Origin: Parcubacteria group bacterium
GTDB taxonomy: Bacteria; Patescibacteriota; Patescibacteriia; UBA1558; GWA2-36-10
Direction: 5' to 3'
DNA: 64,000 bases
Assembly (NCBI GenBank): GCA_003104935.1
Contig: PQAE01000010.1
Coordinates: 13,768-77,767, forward strand
In this document: in pieces, positions 1-10,069 of the stretch
How positions within the stretch are numbered: position 1 is the first letter of the stretch
How the letters are laid out: each line of letters begins with the position of its first letter
Notes under the pieces: generated by a model
Seen by the model: the letters and a program-made list of their open reading frames with translations, nothing else
Database searches by the model: none
Told to the model about the DNA's origin: nothing
Translations under genes and position numbers: made by a program

Positions 1-611
1 ACCATATTTCCCGCCTTGTCTTCGGCGTGAAGCTTAACATAATAGGGTTGATGGGCTTTTAGATTATAAATATAGACGATGTGGTCCTTTTTGAGCGCAC
101 CGTCTTTAACTATTTTTTCGGCAACAGTAGTGGATCCTTCGATACCATAATAAATCGTGCCGCGAGTATTTTCATCAGACACCCAGCGCAAAGCCAAAGC
201 ATTATCCGTAATCTGTTCGGTATTATTATAGATCAGCTTAGGAGCGACAGTATCGGCCATGTCCTTGGTCGAAAAGCTCTGTAAAAAAGTAGTTACTTCC
301 AAACCACTGTCATCAATCGCGACTATTTTGTAATAATAGGTTTTTTTGGTTTCTAAACCGTTTAAAACCAGGTCATGCTGATAAACCGAGACTCCATAAC
401 TCAGCCGGATATTCAGATCATCGGGCGTTGAGCCGTAACTGACCACTGCCTTGGTCGGAACACTGGTAGTCCAGGATAGCGTGGCGTGATTATTTTCCAG
501 CTGGCTTATTGTGACACTGGAAACGGAAAAAACCGCTCTGGCCACGGAGACAGCGCTAAAAATTAGCAGAAAAATCGAGATAAAAAGGCTTATTTTGCTA
601 AATTTATTCAT
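1..611 (-). CDS. Secreted fibronectin type III-like repeat protein (partial; 3' end runs off the left edge)
   Basis: Not in the ORF track. ATG at 611 reads MNKFSKISLFISIFLLIFSAVSVARA (signal peptide), then two FN3-like units (ATLSWTTSVPTKAVVSYG...LNGLETKKTYYYKIVA; LALRWVSDENTRGTIYYG...YNLKAHQPYYVKL); no stop before position 1. Confidence 0.8.
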   Translation of the reverse strand, partial: MNKFSKISLFISIFLLIFSAVSVARAVFSVSSVTISQLENNHATLSWTTSVPTKAVVSYGSTPDDLNIRLSYGVSVYQHDLVLNGLETKKTYYYKIVAIDDSGLEVTTFLQSFSTKDMADTVAPKLIYNNTEQITDNALALRWVSDENTRGTIYYGIEGSTTVAEKIVKDGALKKDHIVYIYNLKAHQPYYVKLHAEDKAGNM

Positions 612-639
612 AATTTTGCTTATTTTTTTAGGACTTTTT

Positions 640-668
640 ATCATATAACAAAATATAAGATTTGTCAA
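640..668 (-). promoter_or_regulatory. sigma70-type promoter for the FN3 gene
   Basis: TTGACA (668-663) - 17 nt - TATGAT (645-640). Confidence 0.65.
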
Positions 669-676
669 TAGTCACT

Positions 677-709
677 AAAAAACCCCTACTTTTATCATAG
701 GGGATTTTT
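677..709 (-). terminator. Intrinsic terminator after the O-antigen ligase pair
   Basis: CCCCTA...TAGGGG stem followed by a T run on the - strand. Confidence 0.6.
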
Positions 710-725
710 CCAAAATGTAAATGCC

Positions 726-3182
726 TTATTTCTTTGATGAAGGCGGCTGATTGGTCTCGACAATCATCTGACGGGCCTCGTCGGCCATAGCCGGATTGAT
801 TTGCTTTAGTTTGTCGATATATGTATCTACTTTGGCTTTATTGCCCAGTTTATTATTATAGACGATGAGCTGGGCTAAGATCGGAATATTATCCGGATAA
901 AAGCTATGAGCCTCCTCCAACAGAGCCAGGGCTTCCTGGGGATATTGCGTGAAGTAATAAACCTCGGCCAGACGGCCATAATATTCCGGACTTAACTCCT
1001 GCCTGCCCCCAGCAAAAAATACTTCTTTGTTTTTTACCGCCGCTATTATTTTCTGGGCATCCTCTAGACGGGCCGCGGACAGATCTACGGTCAGCAGACT
1101 CAAATAAGATTCAAAGACGTCGGGGGATAACTCCCGGGCTTTTTCAAATATCTTTATCGCCTCGTCAATATTATTTTTCATCATATACTCCCGGCCCAAA
1201 GAATAATAAAAAGTTGTGCGGTTCGGACTGAGTGGTATGGCCGATTTGATTAGCTCGATATTTTTATCGGCATAAACACCGCTCACCTCTCCGGCGGCTA
1301 CCGTGTAGAGGTTTATCAGAAAGGCCTGGTGCCGGACATTATCCGGTTGTTCCTGCATAGATTTGAGCAGTTGTTCCTCCGATAGCTGGACAAGCCTGGC
1401 CTTATCACTAATGGCCAGGTTCGGATTTTGGATCATGCCCGAGACATATTCAGAATATACTTGACGCGCTTCAAACTTGCCCAGGTAATGTTTATTAAAA
1501 GCGTTAATAAAATCCTGCTGCTGTTGTTCATCAAAGGCGCTCGAACGCAGGGCCGTATAATTTAGCACCAACTCGCGGTTGGCCTTCATCTGAGGAACAT
1601 TAAAACTGTAGCCCAGAATCAAAACTATGACCGGCAGGACATAAGCCAACCATTTATTTCGCATTGGTCGGGGCAAAGCCAGCTCAGTTTTTGGTTTGGT
1701 AGTGATAAAAGTAACTAAAGCCAAATAAAGCGCAAATAATATAGTAGTATTCAGGGAGTCAAAAACAAAAAAATTTTGCACGGCATAGCCCAGGAGCAAT
1801 CCGATAAAAATCGCATAAGTGACGATATCGCCGCTACGCTTATAGTATTTGTGCAAACGCCTAATGACAAAAGCATAGATGCTGAGATAGGCCAATAGCC
1901 CTAGCAGGCCTCCGCCCACCAGATACCCTAAAAAAACATTGTGCGGCCGATCAAACCAGACGCGCGAATTATTGTCTTTAAATATGGCTGTAGGAAAATA
2001 CTTATTGAAAACTGCGTAGAATTTTTCTTCCCCCCAGCCCAGCACCGGTTTTTCCGTAAAGCCCTTCAAACTCGCCTGCCAGGTGAGTAGGCGCGATTCG
2101 GTAGTGACGTCGGTCAGCGATATGCTGGCTATCCGCCGCAAAGTAGAACTGTTTTTTATCAGCGGATTGCCGGAAAAAATAAAAATGCCGCCTAAAAATA
2201 AAATCAACAAAATCAGGGCGCCGGAAAAAGCCAGTCGGATCTTTTTACTGACCCGCCCGGAGCAGATTACTAGTAGCGCGCCCCCGACCACACCTAAAAA
2301 TAAACCCACTACCGCTCCTCTGGTTTCGGTGTTAAATAAGGCCCAAAAATTCAGTAAAATTAAAATAATATAATAGAGCAAAAAACTTTGTCGGGCCAGC
2401 AGGCCGGCCTTTTTCTGGAGAAAAAAATTAAAATGCACCAGCAACTGCGGAACTACAAAAAATATCAGCAGACTGGCATTGGTGAAAATAGCCGAGAGCG
2501 GACCGGTCTGACCGGCGCCGCGATATTTAAACTCCAAATATATTAGCAGCAAATCTAAAACATAAAATCCGAATAATTCAAATTTAAGGACTTTTCTTTT
2601 ATCTTTAAAGATCAGGTAAAGCGCGAAAAAGATGTGAAACAGAGCATAGGCCGCCAGATAGGTCGGATTGCCCATCGTGGATGAGACGCGCGCTCCGCCG
2701 GCTGATTCCAACAAAAACGGAATATTTAAAATCTGGGTCAGGGCCACAAAGGAAAAAATAAAAGAAGCAAAGGTGCTGATATACACCAGTTGGCGCCAGG
2801 CCTGGCGGCGATAATAAACTCCTAAGATGATTATCAAATAAGCGATCAGATAGTAAAATTGGAGTAATCCTTCCATGCGTTCGTAATCGCCCCAAAAACT
2901 ATAGCGCCAGTCTCCGGCGATTAGACTAGACACGGTCATGATCAGTCCCAGAGCCAAATAAGCCAAGATAAGGGGGCTAAAAACCGGCCGGTATTGCCGG
3001 CGGTTTCTAAAAAATAAAAAAAGATAAAATGCCAAGATCAGACTGATTAGGATGCGGAACAAAAAATTGCGCCCGGTAATAAAGGGAAAATAATAGTCGG
3101 CCAGGACTACTAAGGGCAAAAAATAAACGATCGGCGTCAAAACACGAACCGTTTTATATAAATAGGCATCAATTTTTTTCAT
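726..3182 (-). CDS. O-antigen ligase (Wzy_C)-family membrane protein with C-terminal TPR repeats; putative O-oligosaccharyltransferase
   Basis: Many TM helices; RVSSTMGNPTYLAAY, TETRGA, SRLLTWQASLKGFTEKPVLGWG and DRPHN motifs; helical TPR-like tail. Confidence 0.85.
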   Translation of the reverse strand: MKKIDAYLYKTVRVLTPIVYFLPLVVLADYYFPFITGRNFLFRILISLILAFYLFLFFRNRRQYRPVFSPLILAYLALGLIMTVSSLIAGDWRYSFWGDYERMEGLLQFYYLIAYLIIILGVYYRRQAWRQLVYISTFASFIFSFVALTQILNIPFLLESAGGARVSSTMGNPTYLAAYALFHIFFALYLIFKDKRKVLKFELFGFYVLDLLLIYLEFKYRGAGQTGPLSAIFTNASLLIFFVVPQLLVHFNFFLQKKAGLLARQSFLLYYIILILLNFWALFNTETRGAVVGLFLGVVGGALLVICSGRVSKKIRLAFSGALILLILFLGGIFIFSGNPLIKNSSTLRRIASISLTDVTTESRLLTWQASLKGFTEKPVLGWGEEKFYAVFNKYFPTAIFKDNNSRVWFDRPHNVFLGYLVGGGLLGLLAYLSIYAFVIRRLHKYYKRSGDIVTYAIFIGLLLGYAVQNFFVFDSLNTTILFALYLALVTFITTKPKTELALPRPMRNKWLAYVLPVIVLILGYSFNVPQMKANRELVLNYTALRSSAFDEQQQQDFINAFNKHYLGKFEARQVYSEYVSGMIQNPNLAISDKARLVQLSEEQLLKSMQEQPDNVRHQAFLINLYTVAAGEVSGVYADKNIELIKSAIPLSPNRTTFYYSLGREYMMKNNIDEAIKIFEKARELSPDVFESYLSLLTVDLSAARLEDAQKIIAAVKNKEVFFAGGRQELSPEYYGRLAEVYYFTQYPQEALALLEEAHSFYPDNIPILAQLIVYNNKLGNKAKVDTYIDKLKQINPAMADEARQMIVETNQPPSSKK

Positions 3183-3188
3183 AATTTT

Positions 3189-5501
3189 TTATTTTACCTT
3201 CTCAAAGGTGCTGTTTTTTATTTTTTTTATAAAATCGTCGGCCTGCAACTCATATTCTCCGCCGAATTTTTTTATTTCCTCAGCGACGGCGATGGCCTCG
3301 CTTTTTTTATCTATATTGGCATAAGACAAGGCGACATTGATATAATATTGGGGATTATCCGGATATTTTTCCTTTAAAATCAGGGAAAAATACAGTGCCC
3401 ACTTAAAATCTTTGGCGCTGATGGCCGAGTTGGCCAAGCGCAAATAATTGTCCTCGCTAAACGCCGGCGCGGTATTTAAACGCCGGTCATAGGTATGTGC
3501 GCTGTCAAAATTAGTCACCTGATCCAGATAATTTTGCACCAAATCAGACTGGTCGGTGGCAATCAGGGTCATGATGATATTGACATAGGACTCGGTTACA
3601 AAAGGGTTGAGCTCCAGCGCCTGGTCAAAATTAGTCAGCACACCTTGCTGATATTTTTTGGCCTCAACAGTTTTGCCTTGATCGCGGTACATCTGATAGA
3701 GGTAAACGTCGGCGTAGCCCATTTCCTGATAAAATTGCTGGCGCGTCGGGCTATACTTTATCGCTTCTTGCCCCAACGTTTCTACTTTGTCCAAGCGCGT
3801 CGGGTCTAAAATATAAGTATAATTAAGGTGGCGCATGTACAATAGATAATTAGCCACGTCCGAGGGAAAATCTTTGACGCGCATATCCAGCTCTCCGTCT
3901 AATTTTTGGGCATAACGTAAGGCATCATAGGGACCAATTTTCTTATTAACTATCAAACCGTCGATAAACTCTCCTCCGATTCTCCGGTACTCCTGACGGC
4001 CGGAAGTATTCATCTTCATGGCTTCAAAATAAGTATCGATGGCTTTGGTCACATCCGCATTCTGCGAACGCACAGCTTTGATCAAAGTGCGGTTAGACTG
4101 GATTTCCCGGATGTTGACATAATATAGGATAAAACCAAAAGCTATTAAATAGAAAATGGCTAGGCCATATATTACCGGCCGTCGGGCGAGATTAAATTTA
4201 AACGGAATAAACTTTGCTCCCACTACGGCGATAATCAAAACCAGCGGTAAATACGTAACCAGGGCCTCAAAAACAACCATTCCCTGGACGATAAAAGCGA
4301 TAATAGCTAAAAACAGCATCTGGTCGCCCAGTTGTATTTTATCCGCCAAAGTGAGACCGTCGCTCTTGCTTCGCAAACCCTTTTTAAATAAAACCCAAAG
4401 CGGACCAAAAATTAAGACACCATACAGAATCAGACCGATCAAACCGCCGGCGATGAGGTGGTCTAAAAATATATTATGGGCCCGGTCATACCAGATCTGC
4501 GAACCGGCATGGGCGTAAATCTGCGGATTAAAATATTTATTAAAAACATATTGAAAATTATCCTGGCCGTAACCTAAAATCGGTTTATCTTTAAAACCCT
4601 GCCAGGCCGAGTTCCAGGCCATAAATCTGGTCTGGGCGGTCCGCTCGGTCCAGGAGATGCCGGTAATGCGACGTAAAATAGTATTTTTTTGTACCAAACT
4701 GCTATTACGGTTAGTAAAAGTAAGAGCCAGTAGTATGATAAAGACTAATGCGCCGGCGATCAGAAAACGCCGTAATTTGCTTCCCGATATTTTAAAAATA
4801 TTATAGATGAAAAACAATAAGACGGTAGCGATAAAAGCAATAAAGGCGCCTCGGGTGCCGGTCTGAAAAGCGATAAAAAGGTCCAGGGCTACAAACAGCC
4901 AATAGTACAGCCGCAGATAAAGTTTTTTCCGATAGACGCTCAGGTACAGACCGATAAAGACGGCGAAGAGCAGATAGCCGGCTAGGTAAGCGGCATTGCC
5001 GATGGTCGAGGCCACGCGGTCGGCGCCCACTCCGGTCTGATTGATAAAATCCACTCCGGCATATTGCAGTAGGCCCAATACACCGATCACCTGGGCTCCC
5101 AAAAAGAAAATATCAAACAGCCCCAGCCAATGTTTTTTTTCGCTGATAAAATTACGCAGGACGAAAAACCAGATAAAGAGATGCAACCACAAGAGTAACC
5201 CCTCTCCTCTTTCGGTGTTGCTCCAAAAACTGAAATAAAAATTAACTCCCCAGATAGCGGAGACAAAAGCCGTGAGCAGATAGAGGGCAAAGACGATAGT
5301 CAGCCAATCAATTTTTATTTTACTTTCCCGCTTGGCCCACAGATATAGGAGCCAGAGTAGTAATAATATTTCCACTAGAATCCGGAAAACTATAGTTTTA
5401 CTGAAAATGTAGGGGAAAAGAAAATTGCTGTTGACATATATCGGTACCAGTAAAATGAGAGTCAGCACCCCCCAAATAAGTTTGTTCAATATTTTTTCCA
5501 T
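3189..5501 (-). CDS. O-antigen ligase (Wzy_C)-family membrane protein with TPR repeats; paralog of the adjacent gene
   Basis: RVASTIGNAAYLAGY, TGTRGA, TRFMAWNSAWQGFKDKPILGYG and DRAHN motifs. Confidence 0.85.
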   Translation of the reverse strand: MEKILNKLIWGVLTLILLVPIYVNSNFLFPYIFSKTIVFRILVEILLLLWLLYLWAKRESKIKIDWLTIVFALYLLTAFVSAIWGVNFYFSFWSNTERGEGLLLWLHLFIWFFVLRNFISEKKHWLGLFDIFFLGAQVIGVLGLLQYAGVDFINQTGVGADRVASTIGNAAYLAGYLLFAVFIGLYLSVYRKKLYLRLYYWLFVALDLFIAFQTGTRGAFIAFIATVLLFFIYNIFKISGSKLRRFLIAGALVFIILLALTFTNRNSSLVQKNTILRRITGISWTERTAQTRFMAWNSAWQGFKDKPILGYGQDNFQYVFNKYFNPQIYAHAGSQIWYDRAHNIFLDHLIAGGLIGLILYGVLIFGPLWVLFKKGLRSKSDGLTLADKIQLGDQMLFLAIIAFIVQGMVVFEALVTYLPLVLIIAVVGAKFIPFKFNLARRPVIYGLAIFYLIAFGFILYYVNIREIQSNRTLIKAVRSQNADVTKAIDTYFEAMKMNTSGRQEYRRIGGEFIDGLIVNKKIGPYDALRYAQKLDGELDMRVKDFPSDVANYLLYMRHLNYTYILDPTRLDKVETLGQEAIKYSPTRQQFYQEMGYADVYLYQMYRDQGKTVEAKKYQQGVLTNFDQALELNPFVTESYVNIIMTLIATDQSDLVQNYLDQVTNFDSAHTYDRRLNTAPAFSEDNYLRLANSAISAKDFKWALYFSLILKEKYPDNPQYYINVALSYANIDKKSEAIAVAEEIKKFGGEYELQADDFIKKIKNSTFEKVK

Positions 5502-5510
5502 AAATCTGCC

Positions 5511-6185
5511 TTAAAATTTATAATTTTTATCAATGCCTAAGATTTTTTCCTTGTATAGATTTACTTTTTCCTGATTATTTTCTCCCTGCCAAAAATTATA
5601 CAGATATCTGTAAAACCCCAATTTATTGGGCGTGACGGCTTTATCCGCACCGACCAGCATTATGGACTCTACTTTATAAGGGTCTTTGGGCAGATAATTG
5701 ATATAGAGATCGGCATAACCTTCATAATCAAAAAAATAGCCGGTATTATCTTTATTGATGACAATATTATAATAATAATCGGCTTTGTCATATTGTCTGG
5801 CAAAAGATTTATAGTAATTAGCCAGGTTGGCGTAGGCCATACTGATTTTACTATCCAGAACAATAGCATATTCCCAGGCCTCTACTGCTCCGGCAGAATC
5901 ATTTAGCGCCTGCTTGCTATTGCCGATATCTAACCAAATATCGTAATTATTATAATCCACCTTATCGCGCAAATATTTATAATCAGTATTGACCCTTTTG
6001 ACTAGCTGTTCAGTAGACGAGGCGTCCATGCCCGCCTGAGGAAAATCCTGGGCCGTGTATATCTTTTCAATACCGGGCACCTGCACCAGGTTTTGTTTTC
6101 TTTGCTGGAGCACAAAGAAAATAACCGCCACGACCAGGAGCGCCACCACCGCTAAAATGATGATATTTTTATAGATTTTTTTCAT
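5511..6185 (-). CDS. Membrane-anchored TPR-like protein
   Basis: N-terminal TM; TPR-like pattern WLDIGNSKQALNDSAGAVEAWEYAIVLD...AYANLANYY. Confidence 0.7.
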   Translation of the reverse strand: MKKIYKNIIILAVVALLVVAVIFFVLQQRKQNLVQVPGIEKIYTAQDFPQAGMDASSTEQLVKRVNTDYKYLRDKVDYNNYDIWLDIGNSKQALNDSAGAVEAWEYAIVLDSKISMAYANLANYYKSFARQYDKADYYYNIVINKDNTGYFFDYEGYADLYINYLPKDPYKVESIMLVGADKAVTPNKLGFYRYLYNFWQGENNQEKVNLYKEKILGIDKNYKF

Positions 6186-6211
6186 AGAATTACTACTTTG
6201 ATAACTTGCTT

Positions 6212-6240
6212 ATTCTATTATATTTCTCCTGATTTGACAA
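6212..6240 (-). promoter_or_regulatory. sigma70-type promoter for the TPR/ligase operon
   Basis: TTGTCA - 17 nt - TAGAAT. Confidence 0.55.
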
Positions 6241-6242
6241 GA

Positions 6243-6276
6243 AATACACCCTGTACCATACGGTACAGGGTGTATT
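6243..6276 (-). terminator. Hairpin terminator after the S-layer-like gene
   Basis: Perfect 15-bp stem AATACACCCTGTACC-ATAC-GGTACAGGGTGTATT followed by TCTT on the - strand. Confidence 0.75.
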
Positions 6277-6319
6277 CTTAAATAATCCTAAATCACTAGT
6301 GTGATTGGTAGATTATTAC

Positions 6320-9300
6320 TTAGCTGGCCCAACCAATAGTGTAGGCTGTGCCGGTGTTGTTGGTACCAAAGCCATTTACTAGATAGCCGTTGTACCATTG
6401 ACCCCAGGCAGTAGCGTTAGCAGCGTCGGTGGCTAGACCCCTATTCTTATAGTTGTCTGACCAGACAAAGTTACCCGCTTCCATTTGGGCCCAGGCATCA
6501 GCCGGGTTTTGACCGGTTGCCGCTGGTGTTCCAAAGCTGGCCGCTGGAGTGGAAGAAGCAATGTCGCCCACTAGACTGACGGCGATATTGTCTCCGGTTC
6601 CGGCGTTAGCAATAGTACAGTTCAACTTGTAAGTCGCGGAAGCTCCGGCAGAAATCTGCAAAGCTTCTTTGGTATTGCCCCATGAAATATTTGGATTATC
6701 AAAGACGAAAGTCTTATAGGTAAATCCAGTTCCGGCAGTCATGGTTGGATTGGCAGAAGCGCCGACCACATTACCATTACCATCCTTTAACAAACAATTG
6801 GTCACTGTAGTGTCCGTACCGCCACCAGTAGCGATAGCAAAGGTAGCACGATATAACAGCACTTCACCCTGTGAAGGAGCCGCTACGCTAAAGGCAAAGA
6901 TATCCCGAGCACCATTGTTCATAGCAGTGTCCGCGCCCAATGTAGTACCGCTAGTAGACCAGGAAACAGTTGGCACTGACTTGTGCAGGATCATAGCACT
7001 GGTAGTGGAGCCATTGTAGGTTTCAGTAGCAGTGCTGTTGGAATCATTACCAGTAAACTTAAAGCCGTCTGTACCGCCAAAACCAAGTTTGACATCAGCC
7101 GCCGGAGTTCCCGGAGCATTGTCGCTATTTTGATCAATGGTGGCAAAATCAGCTTTGATAGTAATGATCTTAGAACCGTCCTTGGGCACAACCAGAGTAC
7201 CCTTGTTAAAGTTGAAGGTATAGTTTGATGTAGACGGTATGGCGTTAGAAGCCAATAAAGTACTGCCATCATAGAGATATACCTTGAGTATGTCCTGATA
7301 GGTACCCGCCGCTGTTCCGGTCAAAGCACCATCAGCGACATAAACAACCAACTGATCCAAGTTCGCAGCCTCATAAATAGTATCAACTTTGACACTACCC
7401 ATAGTAACGCCAGTGGCGCCGGCTGCTACTAGACCATTAGCCGGGTTGTTGTAGGTGCTGACAGTCACCGTAGCCTTAGATTGCACGGTCAGGACAGCAC
7501 CATTGTCGGCAGTCAGAGACAAAGTAGCTCTGTTGCCGGAGGTGTTGCCGTAGGCCACAACTGAGGGATTGCTGGCGGCTGTAGCATCAGTCAAACCAAA
7601 CTGCACGGTGTTGTTAGCATGAGCACCGGTGGAGACATTACCCTTTAATTGGATAGTCTTACTGGTACCCTTAGTGACGATGATTGGGGCATCAAAAGCA
7701 AAAGTGGAGGTAACACCATCACAGGAAGAACGAGTGGAGCAAGGATCGTCATTAACCGGAGTCAAAGCAGTGCTACCGTCATAGACAGTCAGGTTGGTTA
7801 CTTCAGACGAGGAAGCGGCAAAGAGTAAAGAATTGATTCTGACATCTTCGCCGGAGTTCGTCGCGTCAAAACTCCAAGAACCCAAAAGCACACCTTGCGC
7901 GCCGGGGATGACATTGCCATCAGCTGGCAAGGTCTGTCGGCTAACCGCTAAGTAAGAACCCTTGATGGTCTGAGTGTTGGCAGCTACGCTACTCGATGGG
8001 CTGGCGGTAATACTATTGCCAGTTACCTGACCGGTCGCAGTGAGTACTGTAGCCGGGTTAAACTGCACATAGATAGTATCATTAGTCGCCCAAGCGCCTG
8101 CAGTATCCAAATTACCTACGACATTCAAAACAGTGTCGCCAATTGGCAAGGTAAAGGTATCAGTAAAAGCAACAGTGAAGGCACCAGCAGTAACATCGGT
8201 TGGTCCGGCTACGGTTGCACCAGCACTATTAACAAATTTTACTGACTTTAAGGCGTCCACGATAGTGGTAGCACTGGTGGACACTACTGTTAGAGTTAAA
8301 GCTGTCACGTCAATTGGCTCGCCTTTGACGGTGAATTTGAAGGCTCCCAATGTCTGGCTATTGCCCAAAGTGATGTTGGTAGAACCAACAGTGTTACTTC
8401 TTTCCACAGTCAAAGTACCGTTGGAAATAGTAAATTGGTTGTCGGTTAAGACCGGCTTGGTAGTTGCCGGAGCGCTACCGGTTCCGCTATAAGTCGGAGT
8501 GATATTATAGCCATAGGTCAAACCTTTGACCAAGAGATCAGTATTGCGATAGATCTCTAATTTGATGGTGCGGGCTGAACCGCCGGCCACATCAGCTTTG
8601 ACCGTAAATTGATAGGTCTGGCCCTTAGGAATGGTGAGGTTAATGCCTGAAAAGTCGGCATATCTGCCATTTACCACGCCGTCGGCAATTTTGGTGCCAT
8701 CTCTATACAGACGTATATTGGTGACATCGTCCCCCAGCACAGCGGTACCTTCAGTATAGACTGATACTGTGTTGAACTGCACATCTTCTGTCGATCCAGC
8801 TTGAATCTGGAAAGAGAAGTATACGTAATCCTTCTTACCTACTTCAATAGTAGTAGAAGTAGCATTGGTGTAAGAGCCTCTCTGAACTATGGGTAGACCA
8901 ACAGTAATGGTGGCATTAGTAGTCATGGCATTACCGTAGACCGGTAAAGTGCCAAACACTGAACCACCACCCACTAAGGTGACCGAAGCCAATCCCAAAG
9001 CCGGCACTTCACCAGCGTAGTTGGTCAAATTAGCCGCCATGTTACCAGACAAATAAATAGTCTTGGTAGTATTAGCCGGGATGACCAGATCCTTGGTAAA
9101 GGTGGCCTTGTGCTCCGAGTTAAAAGTCTTGGAGTTGGCATCAAATGGAATCATAGTGGTTCCATCTAAGATGTCCACACTAGCAAAGTCGGCATCTTGG
9201 GCCAAGCCGCCACGCTGGATAACCATCGTATCAATGGTTACGCCCTTGGCGCCGGTGGTCAGATTGACCTTGGTAAAAGGATAGCGAGCTGCATTGTTGA

Positions 9301-10069
9301 CTACGATTCCCGCAGCGGGAGTGTCGCTGGCTAAGGACACGGTCAGGTCTCCGCCGACTTCAGCGGTACCGCCGGCCACCGGCATAAAGCCGGAAATAGC
9401 GATTTCCTCACCAGTGATGGAAGTACCATCAGCATAAGCGCTCAAATCTGTGACTGGCAATACAAATGTTGCCACCAGATTATTAGCATCAAAAGCATCG
9501 GCTGATGCAAACGGTCTCTTTTTGCCGTCCTGGATGAGGTAGCGATTGCTACCCATAGAGACGACAGAGCCATTAGGTAAGGTGGACGATAGATCAGCGC
9601 CGGTAAATTTATAGCTGGACGAGAAATAACCAGGGATAACATCCCTGACTTTCTTAGCCCAGTCATTACCGTACAAAGCTTTTGCTACTGCTTCGCTAGG
9701 AATCAGCTGCAAAACACCGCCAGTACTGACAGCGTATACTTTGGCTGTATCTTCCGTCTTGACCAAGTAAGTACCTGGTCTGTAGGTGACTGCACCACCG
9801 TCAGTATACATATCTAGTTCTGTGACTGATACCTTGACCACGTTTTTGAAGTCAGAATACCAGGTATTATAGGTCTTCACATCTGGGAAGACATATTTTT
9901 TACCATCAGAACCGATGTAGTAGACAGCTGCGTTTTTGACACCTGCTTTAGCAAGCAAGGAGCCTGCTCCGTAGCTTCCGGCTGCTTTGACGTTAAAGCT
10001 AAGAGCGCTTGTGGTCAAAACTGTCGTCACTACGAGTGAAAATACAAACAGTCTTTTTAGTAAACTCAT
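6320..10069 (-). CDS. Large secreted S-layer-like surface protein
   Basis: Signal peptide; N-terminal repeats of a type common in Parcubacteria surface proteins (VYYIGSDGKKYVFPD...TW...RPGTYLVK...VYAV); Thr/Ala/Gly/Val-rich tandem beta-sandwich modules. Confidence 0.75.
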   Translation of the reverse strand: MSLLKRLFVFSLVVTTVLTTSALSFNVKAAGSYGAGSLLAKAGVKNAAVYYIGSDGKKYVFPDVKTYNTWYSDFKNVVKVSVTELDMYTDGGAVTYRPGTYLVKTEDTAKVYAVSTGGVLQLIPSEAVAKALYGNDWAKKVRDVIPGYFSSSYKFTGADLSSTLPNGSVVSMGSNRYLIQDGKKRPFASADAFDANNLVATFVLPVTDLSAYADGTSITGEEIAISGFMPVAGGTAEVGGDLTVSLASDTPAAGIVVNNAARYPFTKVNLTTGAKGVTIDTMVIQRGGLAQDADFASVDILDGTTMIPFDANSKTFNSEHKATFTKDLVIPANTTKTIYLSGNMAANLTNYAGEVPALGLASVTLVGGGSVFGTLPVYGNAMTTNATITVGLPIVQRGSYTNATSTTIEVGKKDYVYFSFQIQAGSTEDVQFNTVSVYTEGTAVLGDDVTNIRLYRDGTKIADGVVNGRYADFSGINLTIPKGQTYQFTVKADVAGGSARTIKLEIYRNTDLLVKGLTYGYNITPTYSGTGSAPATTKPVLTDNQFTISNGTLTVERSNTVGSTNITLGNSQTLGAFKFTVKGEPIDVTALTLTVVSTSATTIVDALKSVKFVNSAGATVAGPTDVTAGAFTVAFTDTFTLPIGDTVLNVVGNLDTAGAWATNDTIYVQFNPATVLTATGQVTGNSITASPSSSVAANTQTIKGSYLAVSRQTLPADGNVIPGAQGVLLGSWSFDATNSGEDVRINSLLFAASSSEVTNLTVYDGSTALTPVNDDPCSTRSSCDGVTSTFAFDAPIIVTKGTSKTIQLKGNVSTGAHANNTVQFGLTDATAASNPSVVAYGNTSGNRATLSLTADNGAVLTVQSKATVTVSTYNNPANGLVAAGATGVTMGSVKVDTIYEAANLDQLVVYVADGALTGTAAGTYQDILKVYLYDGSTLLASNAIPSTSNYTFNFNKGTLVVPKDGSKIITIKADFATIDQNSDNAPGTPAADVKLGFGGTDGFKFTGNDSNSTATETYNGSTTSAMILHKSVPTVSWSTSGTTLGADTAMNNGARDIFAFSVAAPSQGEVLLYRATFAIATGGGTDTTVTNCLLKDGNGNVVGASANPTMTAGTGFTYKTFVFDNPNISWGNTKEALQISAGASATYKLNCTIANAGTGDNIAVSLVGDIASSTPAASFGTPAATGQNPADAWAQMEAGNFVWSDNYKNRGLATDAANATAWGQWYNGYLVNGFGTNNTGTAYTIGWAS

